A stretch of 64,000 bases of DNA. Origin: an uncultured Thermoplasmata archaeon (GTDB taxonomy: Archaea > Thermoplasmatota > Thermoplasmata > Lutacidiplasmatales > UBA184). This document shows, in pieces, positions 56,767-64,000 of the stretch. Every line of letters begins with the position of its first letter. Position 1 is the stretch's first letter. The notes under the pieces are model-generated. The model searched no databases. It saw only the letters and a list, made by a program, of their open reading frames with translations, and was not told the origin of the DNA. Made by a program: the position numbers and the translations under genes. The stretch lies in contig CAVVLW010000007.1 in assembly GCA_963749205.1 (NCBI GenBank), positions 390,794-454,793 on the forward strand, given 5' to 3'.

Positions 56767-59027
56767 GTCGCGACGCCGGGGTCCCGTGCCGACCGGGAGG
56801 GGCCCCCCGCCGTGCTCGCTCTCGGGCGCGAGCTGGGCCAGTTCGGAGATCCCCGCCCTCCAGCTGTTCGGCAGGGCGGCCAACACGTCCGGTTCGGCGA
56901 GCCGCGCCACGTAGGCCTCTCCGAGCTCCGGTCGTCCGGAGGAGAATTCCAACAGGGCGAGTCGCACGAGCGCCTCGGCCCGAAGGCGCGGGATCCCGTC
57001 CGCCCCGGGCTCCTCGGCGACCGCTTCCCACCGGTCGCGGGCGACGCCCGTCTCCTCGTTGAGCGCCCGCTGCCGCCCCTCGAGGACCCAGAGGCGCAGC
57101 AGGCACGGGGAAGGCGGGATCAGGTGGAGCGTCTCGACGATCGTCCGGGCCCGTTCGATCGCCATGTCGACGTCGCTCCCGACCCGTCGGTCGAGGAGCG
57201 CCGCGGCGATCGCGAGCTGGTGGTAGAGCTCGACGGACAGCAGCTTCTGCCGCTGCAGGTTCGGGATCGCGTGCTGCCGTTGCTGGAGGGCCTTCTGGGT
57301 CTCCCCCCGCGCCTCCAAGAGGCGGGCCTCGAGGTCGCCCGCCATATGGTCGAGCTCCCAACGTCGGGATCGACTGAAGAGCAGGCGGGCCGAGCCAAGA
57401 AATCGGGCGGCAAGTTCCTGCTCTTCCGGGGTGCCCTCGATTCGAGCGAGGCCGACCGCGAGCAGCGCGATCGCCTGCAGATGGCCCGGTCGGAGACTCT
57501 GGGCGAGTTCGCCGGCGCGGCGCGATTCCTCCCGCGCTTTCTCGGACTGGTTCCGTTCCCATTCGAACTCGGCGATCAGGGATTGGAGGAGGATCTCGAT
57601 CTCGGTCCACTGCGCGTCGTGGCACCGGTCCGCGAGCTCGGTGAGCGTGATCGCGAGCGAGTTGCGCGGGCCGATGACGCGCATCGTCAAGATCAGGGGT
57701 TCCATCCATTCGGCGACGATCTCGACCCCGACCTCCCCGCGCAGGGCCGTGGCGAGTCCTTCCCGGAGCTCGGTCTCCGCTTCCGCGAGCCGCCGGAGAA
57801 GAACAGCGTTTGGGCGTGCAGCAGCCGAAGCTCGGGCTCGGTCGCCGTCCGCTCCGCGGGGGGGAGCGACGGGAGGCACGTGATCGCGTCCGCGAAGAGC
57901 TCCTCGGCGGTGTCGAACGAGAGGAGGTGTAGGCTCAGCTCGCCCGCCTCGAGGAGGTGCTTCAACGCCATCGGGCCGGGAAACCACGCAAGGTAGTGTT
58001 GGGCGACCTCGATACGTCGGGCCATGGTCGGCTCGGGCGACAGTGCCGCGAGGGCGTTCGCGATCTCCAGGTGCATCTCGCGCAGCTGCTTTTCCGGGAT
58101 CAGGTCGCCGACCAGGTGGATCCATGCCACGTGCGGGATCACGACCTTCCCTTCCTGGACCTTGACGAGACCAACCCCCGTGGCCGGGAGGAGCGCCTCC
58201 GCGAGCTGCGGGTAGTTCAGCCGAGCGACGCGAGAGAGAACGACCTCGCCGACGTTCCCTCGAAGAAGGCCGACGTAACCCACGACGCGCTGCGTCACCG
58301 ACGGGAGGTCGTCGAAGATCGCCTTCAATCGATGCGCTTCCCGCGCGTCGGCGAGCGGGTCGGGGATTCGCACCCAATCGACGTCGCCGCGACCGAGGAA
58401 CGAATCCTCCCAGATGACGTACCCCGGCACCGATGTGTCCAGGGCCAGAACGATGAGTAGCGGACGGAGACGCGCCTTCTTGGAGAGGGCGACGATGAAC
58501 TCCCGGCTTTCAGAGTCAAAGAGGGCGCCGTCCTCGATCAGGATCGCGACCGGGTGTGAGTCCGGCTCCCGGAAGTCGGTCAGGAGCTGCTGCCAGTATG
58601 CCTCGGGGTCCCCCTCGTTCGCGGACCGTCCGCGCATTGGTTGGCCGAGGAAACTCGTCCGCGCCCGCTCCCCGCGGCTCCGGCGGCTGCGGGGCATGCG
58701 GTCGGGAAGGTAGGGGATCGGGGCCATGGGCACGTTCACACCTACGTCGGGCTCAGGTCCGGTCTCCCCCTCCCCTTCGGCCATCACGGGCACTCCCGGC
58801 ACGTCACCGGAGTTGAGCCCGTCGAGCGCCCCATACGGTACGGAGCGGGACCGGTAGCTGCCCCGGAGCTCGACCACACGGGCCTCCTGCTCCTTCGCCA
58901 TTGCGCGCACCTCTTGGAGGAGGGCGGACTTGCCGCTGAGCGGCGGTCCCGAGACCACGATGGTTCGGCCCGAGTTCTCCGCGAGCGCCTGTTTGGCGCG
59001 GAGAAAGGGCGATGGTAGGGAAGACAC
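56701..59027 (-). CDS. Large AAA_16/STAND-type ATPase with helical-repeat (TPR-like) C-terminal region (frame break near 57800; 3' end uncertain)
   Basis: P-loop VVSGPPLSGKSALL; Walker B-like VAILIEDGALFD; long alpha-helical repeat region with EA/LL-rich repeats. Confidence 0.65.
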
Positions 59028-59130
59028 CCGGATGCCTCTGTATAGGTCTGCCGTTCGGGGATTTAATGCTCCCTCAGACCTCGTTCACTGAGGCGAGAGC
59101 GGTTAAGAACGGCCCGGCGCTCGCGTCCCC

Positions 59131-60204
59131 GTGGCCCGTTCGATCGCCGCGGGACGACGTGCCTTCCTCAAACGCTCCGTCGTTCCCGTCGACGTAACGC
59201 GTAACGCAGGGCTCGGCGACCTCCTGCACCAATTCCAGTCGACCTCGATCCAGGCGCGTAACCTCGGTCGTTGCCTCGAAGTGTGGGAGAACGCCCTCCA
59301 GGACCGGAAACGCCCGACCATCCTGCTCGGATTGTCGGGACCCCTTATCGCGGCGGGTCTGCGCAAGGTGTTGCGCGACCTGGTCGAGTGGGGAGTCGTC
59401 GACGTCGTCGTCTCGACGGGCGCGGTCCTGTATCAGGACCTTTACCAGTCGATCGGCGGCAAGCACTGGATCGGGACTCCGAGTGCGGACGACGTCGAGC
59501 TGCGTCGCCTCTACCTCGACCGGATCTACGACACGTACGTCGATGAGCTCAAGTTCGAGGACACCGACCGGGTGATCGGCAAGATCACGGAACAGTTCCC
59601 GCGCCGCCCGGCGTCCTCCCGCGAGTTCCTCGCCTTCCTCGGGGCCCGGTTTCCCGATCCGGATTCGATCCTGGCGACCGCCGCGCGCCGGGGGATCCCG
59701 GTCTTCTCTCCCGCTCTGATCGACAGCTCGATCGGGATCGGCCTCACGCTCTATTATCAGGCGAATCGCCGCCGTCGTGACCGGTTCATCCTCGACGCGG
59801 TGCGGGACAACTACGAGCTCGTCCAGATCCTCTCCCACTCGCCGCGCACCGCCGTGATCTATATCGGGGGCGGCACTCCCAAGAACTGGATCAACGATGG
59901 GATCGTCATGGCGAACTATGCATTCGGCCGCGAAGGAGAGGGCCATTTCTACGCGCTCCAGATCACTACCGATGTGCCCCACTGGGGCGGTCTCTCGGGG
60001 AGCACCCTTGACGAGGCCCAGTCGTGGGGCAAGATCTCGGCGACCGCCACCCGTGCGATGGCGCATCTTGACGCCTCGATCGGCCTGCCGCTCCTTGCGG
60101 GCGCCCTCTGGGACCGGCGCAAACGCTGGCAACCGCGTCGTCGTCTCCGGTTCGATTGGACGGAAGACCAGGTCGCGATCCGACGCGTCCGCGGGTCCAG
60201 CTGA
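59131..60204 (+). CDS. dys: Deoxyhypusine synthase
   Basis: LGLSGPLIAAGLR..VVSTGAVLYQD..IYIGGGTPKNW..TDVPHWGGLSGSTLDEAQSWGKI. Confidence 0.9.
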   Translation: MARSIAAGRRAFLKRSVVPVDVTRNAGLGDLLHQFQSTSIQARNLGRCLEVWENALQDRKRPTILLGLSGPLIAAGLRKVLRDLVEWGVVDVVVSTGAVLYQDLYQSIGGKHWIGTPSADDVELRRLYLDRIYDTYVDELKFEDTDRVIGKITEQFPRRPASSREFLAFLGARFPDPDSILATAARRGIPVFSPALIDSSIGIGLTLYYQANRRRRDRFILDAVRDNYELVQILSHSPRTAVIYIGGGTPKNWINDGIVMANYAFGREGEGHFYALQITTDVPHWGGLSGSTLDEAQSWGKISATATRAMAHLDASIGLPLLAGALWDRRKRWQPRRRLRFDWTEDQVAIRRVRGSS

Positions 60205-60259
60205 CCTATCGAGGGGACCAGCGGAGCCGTTATCCTGCCGGGCTGGGTGAATCCCCGCG

Positions 60260-60916
60260 ATGCCCTCCGGAGTTCCCCCGGGCCAGATTGTCACCGCGAG
60301 ATGGCCCGTCCTCCACGCCGGAACGGTGCCGAGCGAGTTGGGACCCGCGAACTGGACGCTTTCGCTCCACGGAGAGGTCGAAACCCCGAAGACGCTCTCC
60401 TACGCGGATTTGCTCGCCCTCCCCCAGACCGATATCACCTGCGACATCCATTGCGTGACCTCTTGGTCGAAGTTGGGGATGCATTGGCGGGGCGTCGCGT
60501 TCCCTACCCTCGCGGCGCTCGTCCACCCGAAGGCTGGGACGAAGTTCGTCGTCATGGAGTGCGAGCAGGGATTCACTACTTCGCTACCGATCGAGGCCTT
60601 GAACGATACGGACGTGCTCGTTGCCCATACAGTCGAAGGGGGGCCTCTTCCGGCCGAACATGGCGGTCCGGTCCGCATGTTGGTGCCGAAGCGATACTTT
60701 TACAAGTCAGCGAAGTGGTTACAGGGATTGAAGTTTGTCTCGGTCGACGAGCCGGGATTTTGGGAGGTACGGGGTTACTCGAACATCGCGGACCCATGGG
60801 CGGAGACCCGATACGATGTGGATGATGTGAAGGTCATCCACCGCATGCGCAAGGCGTTCCTTTTCCGTCCGTTCTCCTCGAAATCCGAGACAAGTACCGA
60901 CCCTCCGGCTCGTTAA
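60260..60916 (+). CDS. Molybdopterin-binding oxidoreductase (sulfite-oxidase/YedY-like catalytic domain)
   Basis: W.L.L.GEVETPKTLSYADLLALPQ..CDIHCVTSWSK..GGPLPAEHGGPVRMLVPKRYFYKSAKWL..GFWE.RGY. Confidence 0.85.
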   Translation: MPSGVPPGQIVTARWPVLHAGTVPSELGPANWTLSLHGEVETPKTLSYADLLALPQTDITCDIHCVTSWSKLGMHWRGVAFPTLAALVHPKAGTKFVVMECEQGFTTSLPIEALNDTDVLVAHTVEGGPLPAEHGGPVRMLVPKRYFYKSAKWLQGLKFVSVDEPGFWEVRGYSNIADPWAETRYDVDDVKVIHRMRKAFLFRPFSSKSETSTDPPAR

Positions 60917-60925
60917 CAGAAAACC

Positions 60926-60980
60926 TATTTTTGTACGCATTTGCACGTATGGATGCGGGTGGTATATCCCACCCCATTTT
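60926..60980 (+). terminator. T5 tract plus hairpin GGGTGG/CCACCC followed by ATTTT downstream of the Moco oxidoreductase gene
   Basis: T5 at 60928-60932; stem 60957-60962 / 60969-60974; TTTT at 60977-60980. AT-rich spacer. Confidence 0.4.
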
Positions 60981-61182
60981 CTGACGTGAAATCGAGCCGA
61001 TTAAATAGCCACAATTCCGGGCGCTGTTCGGAGGTGTCACGAGATGTCGAACTACCTGCCCGCTGTGCCAGTCGTGCCCCACGAGCAACTGTGAAACCGG
61101 CCGCGGGGGGGGTCTCCCTCCTTGCGATCGCCGATGAGACTTAACCTCCGGGTAAGGGGGTTGAGGCGATTCTCGACCTGAG

Positions 61183-63651
61183 CTAGTGCGTGCTAGCTGA
61201 TTCTATCCTCGATCCCATCTCCGAGACAATCGCATCGCGCACCCAACCGAGTTTGAGCGAGTCGCAAAGCTCGAGTGCTGATCGATAGTGGTTGGTCCCG
61301 CGCTCAGCGTCGGCAATATGGAAGTAGGCATCCGCGAGATAACTGTGGGCGAATGCGAGGGCTTCCGAAGCGGGAAGCCGTGAAAGAATTTCTACGCTCC
61401 TCTCACCATGGCCGATAGACGCCCGAATGTGCTCGGGGCCAGGCGATACGTCCGCCTGCCTGCGTTCGGTCAGACAGAGTAAAGCCAAGGCGTGTCCCAA
61501 CACGAGTTCATTCGCTAGTCGTTCCGCGAGCGAACAAGCTTGTTTGCCGTAGGCGATTGCCTCATCCAGGTGACCCGTTTGAATCGCGGTGGCCGCTAGG
61601 CCATCCAATGAGTACGCCAGTTGATTGAGATAACCGAGCGACTCGGCCTCTGATCGAACGAGTTTCATCTCGTTCTCGGCGAGATCGGCTTGACCCACTC
61701 GCAGGTACGCCCGGGCTCGAACGAGGCGCAGGTTAAACGCGATATCGACGCGGCCAGCCTGACGTGCCTCAGGAAGGGCGTCGGCAATTATGTCCAAAGC
61801 GACTTGGGGACCGCTTTCCAGTTCTTCAAGGCGTGACCATGCAGCGATACTCTCGAGTGAGAGATCTGTGATCCGATAGCGACGACCGAGCTCGAACGCC
61901 TCCTGATACTTGGCCCGCGTTGGTTTTCCCTGGGCTTCGAGCAACCGAGCCTCGGAGAGGATGAAGAATACCTGGAGGCGTCGGGTGAGAGGACCAATCT
62001 TCTCTGCGTTCTGGAATTCCTTTACGGCGTCTTCAACTTGATGAAGCCGCGTCAAGAGCTCCACGATTGAGAGCAGGCTCTCGCACGTCACCTTCGGGTC
62101 ATCGTTCGATTCGGCAATCGCCCGTCGAATCGTTGTTATCGCCTCGGAGTAGTCGGAGTGATGCCGAAGTAGGGCCGCCTCGGCCAACAGCACCCGGACT
62201 TCGGCCGGCCCTCGCGGAAGAGCTCGAGACAGATGACGAAGGGACGATCGGAGCGTCTCGGAGTATCCGAGCGCGAAGAGCGCCCGGTCTTGCTGAACGA
62301 TGACCTGGGACGCCTCCTTCCACGCCTCGGCTTCAACGAGATGGAGAAATCGCTCACGAATCGCTTCAGGTCTATGACTTCCCGAGTAGAACTCGGCCAA
62401 TGTGAGATGCGCTTCTCGCTCGTCACCGGGACCCACCTTGCGCAGGAGCGCACTCCTCACAACCTGTAGAATCTCTAGTCGTCCCTGGAGGGTCTTTTGC
62501 AAGACGCCCATCCGGATAACTTCCGGCAGACGACCGGAGGGCAGTGCCTTACTGCCCGAGATGAATCCGAAAGGCAGAGGCTCGTTCGACAGAGCTATGG
62601 GTAGGAGAGCCCGAATCTCATCTGGCGAAAGCCGATCCACTACCCGGTTCGGTAGCGTAGCGGCATCCGCCTCGAGACCCGGGTTCGATACCGCGAGCTG
62701 CAGGAGCAGTGGTGAACCCAGCGTGGTTTGATAGACCGACTCGAAGCGTTCTGCCAACCCGCCGCGTCGATCGGTTAGATCGTGCGCGGCAGACCGGTCC
62801 AAACCTCCGATAGTCAATCGACTCTGATTGACCTGGCCCGAATCGAGCGGGAGGGTCTCTTGACCCACAATATAAAATTGATGCCGTCGTGATGCCGCGA
62901 GATCGGAAACGAATTCGGCAAGGAATTGTCGCAGGTTCGAGTCGGCCATTTGGATGTCGTCGATTACAGCCGCGAGCTCCCGATTCCCGAGCGCCCGCGT
63001 GCACAAGTCGGCAACTTCCCTCGGAACCGGTGCCCGAGGGAGCTGTGAGTAGTAGGCAAGCTGAGGGGCACCTAGGATTGACAGTGCGTGCGAGAGTGCC
63101 GTGACAAATTGACGCGGCGAACTCGCCGGGCGGACAGAGAACCAGAATGGGATTCGGTCTCGTTTGACCCGTCGGATGTGGCGACTAATGAGCGCCGTCT
63201 TTCCCATCCCGGGCGGACCGTCGATCAACATCACCGATCCGCCTTCTCGGACGAACTCGGAGAGACGGTCCAGCTCTTCCTTCCGACCCAGGAACGGGTT
63301 GGGGGGCGGCGGCAGCGCCCCAGCAAGCAGCGGGACGTGTTTCGTCTCCCGAGTCAGTCTTGTACGGCCACGGTCGGTGATCCGATAGACCAACTGCTTC
63401 CTTTGGCCGTCCCGAACCGGGCCACGCCGGGAATTGAGGAAACCCTCCCGGACAAGCTCATCAAGGGGTCGAGACACCGAGCACGGATGGTAGCCCAACG
63501 CCTTTGCGAGCTCCCGTTGACTGATGCCGTAAGGAGACTCCTCTGGCGGGGCGTGTGTCTCTATGTAATCCAGGAGCTCGATTGGGAGGTAGCTTTGCCC
63601 GCCCATGCTCCTCCAAAGGGCCCAGTACGTACTTGAAGTTATTTTGTACAA
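61183..63651 (-). CDS. wHTH - STAND/AAA ATPase - TPR multidomain protein (intact, lower G+C)
   Basis: wHTH ISQRELAKALGYHPCSVSRPLDELVREGFL..LVYRITDRG. P-loop MLIDGPPGMGKTAL; Walker B AAVIDDIQMAD. About 400 aa of TPR-like repeats. No frame break in 822 codons. Confidence 0.75.
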   Translation of the reverse strand: MYKITSSTYWALWRSMGGQSYLPIELLDYIETHAPPEESPYGISQRELAKALGYHPCSVSRPLDELVREGFLNSRRGPVRDGQRKQLVYRITDRGRTRLTRETKHVPLLAGALPPPPNPFLGRKEELDRLSEFVREGGSVMLIDGPPGMGKTALISRHIRRVKRDRIPFWFSVRPASSPRQFVTALSHALSILGAPQLAYYSQLPRAPVPREVADLCTRALGNRELAAVIDDIQMADSNLRQFLAEFVSDLAASRRHQFYIVGQETLPLDSGQVNQSRLTIGGLDRSAAHDLTDRRGGLAERFESVYQTTLGSPLLLQLAVSNPGLEADAATLPNRVVDRLSPDEIRALLPIALSNEPLPFGFISGSKALPSGRLPEVIRMGVLQKTLQGRLEILQVVRSALLRKVGPGDEREAHLTLAEFYSGSHRPEAIRERFLHLVEAEAWKEASQVIVQQDRALFALGYSETLRSSLRHLSRALPRGPAEVRVLLAEAALLRHHSDYSEAITTIRRAIAESNDDPKVTCESLLSIVELLTRLHQVEDAVKEFQNAEKIGPLTRRLQVFFILSEARLLEAQGKPTRAKYQEAFELGRRYRITDLSLESIAAWSRLEELESGPQVALDIIADALPEARQAGRVDIAFNLRLVRARAYLRVGQADLAENEMKLVRSEAESLGYLNQLAYSLDGLAATAIQTGHLDEAIAYGKQACSLAERLANELVLGHALALLCLTERRQADVSPGPEHIRASIGHGERSVEILSRLPASEALAFAHSYLADAYFHIADAERGTNHYRSALELCDSLKLGWVRDAIVSEMGSRIESASTH

Positions 63652-63665
63652 ACTAACGCCTGAGG

Positions 63666-63674
63666 TTTAAGTAT
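63666..63674. promoter_or_regulatory. TATA-like TTTAAGTAT in the divergent spacer
   Basis: Centred 30 nt upstream of ATG 63700 (+), in a 48-nt AT-rich spacer. Confidence 0.3.
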
Positions 63675-63699
63675 CAAGTTTCCCACATGAGTATCATCG

Positions 63700-64000
63700 A
63701 TGAGCGCGGACCAGGCGAGTGGTGCCTACCTCGGAGGCATCGGAACGATGCTCGAGGCGGCAGATGTTTGCCCCTCTTGCGGGCAGGTCCACTCAGATCG
63801 TCAATACGCGTTCCTTCACCGCGGTTCCGGCCAGTGCCCCGCCCTTGTTCCCCGGAACTATGCTGTGGTCAGTCGCCCTTCGGCCCCGATCGAGTCCCAT
63901 CTCGTCCCCGATACTCCCCGAGCCCGTGATGCAGATGTCCCCGTGTCCATGGGCTCCCTACCTCTCCCACCTCGCGAGGAAACAGGGGACCGCCGCTTCC
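63700..64000 (+). CDS. Hypothetical protein, 3' partial (open to the window end), zinc-ribbon-like CPSCG motif
   Basis: Hand-read frame MSADQASGAYLGGIGTMLEAADVCPSCGQVHSDRQYAFLHRGSGQCP.. Better promoter spacing than the tracked 63687 ORF. Confidence 0.3.
   Translation, partial: MSADQASGAYLGGIGTMLEAADVCPSCGQVHSDRQYAFLHRGSGQCPALVPRNYAVVSRPSAPIESHLVPDTPRARDADVPVSMGSLPLPPREETGDRRF

Noticed and set aside
1-64000. Looked for CRISPR repeats, transposases/integrases, toxin-antitoxin pairs and rRNA/tRNA genes
   Set aside because: I saw no regularly spaced direct repeats, no DDE/tyrosine-recombinase-like translations, and no rRNA or cloverleaf signatures. This visual scan cannot exclude short or degenerate elements.

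Overview
High-G+C segment (about two-thirds G+C by eye) that reads as archaeal chromosome. Markers: RFC large subunit, ABCE1, deoxyhypusine synthase, MptA-type GTP cyclohydrolase, Mre11-Rad50, a class-III-signal-peptide pilin, membrane H+-PPase, ThrRS and PyrBI. Two RNA genes sit under ORF noise: an RNase P RNA (51434-51746, +) and a canonical C/D box sRNA (50537-50600, -). I support about 60 protein genes. Housekeeping blocks include a DtxR-regulated ZnuABC-like metal importer. A large sulfur/Fe-S neighbourhood spans 21.5-31.1 kb: SufR-like regulator, CysM, JAMM, a CysO-like Ubl fused to a MoeZ-like E1+rhodanese, sufC, sufS, sufB, sufD, sufU and ferredoxin. There is also a MacB/FtsX-type ABC exporter and two tandem SDRs. 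Three loci deserve most attention. (1) 764-1948 holds a split-borosin-type RiPP pair: a 72-aa precursor plus an OphMA/SonM-like alpha-N-methyltransferase. (2) 48851-50464 holds a radical-SAM (SPASM/twitch-like) maturase preceded by an unannotated 51-aa Cys-containing peptide gene. That peptide has its own promoter, and a hairpin plus U-tract separates it from the enzyme. The locus lies in a visibly lower-G+C island. (3) 21585-25157 holds a cysM-JAMM-Ubl::E1-rhodanese operon in which the Ubl's AIAGG C-terminus runs in frame into the E1 domain. Major caveat: I count roughly 45 reading-frame breaks across about 30 genes, including essential ones (ABCE1, ThrRS, PyrI, SufS, H+-PPase). Most are therefore probably assembly indels. 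All frameshift coordinates are hand estimates (about +/-15 nt). I found no CRISPR array, transposase, rRNA or tRNA. Everything here comes from manual translation and motif recall; no searches were run.
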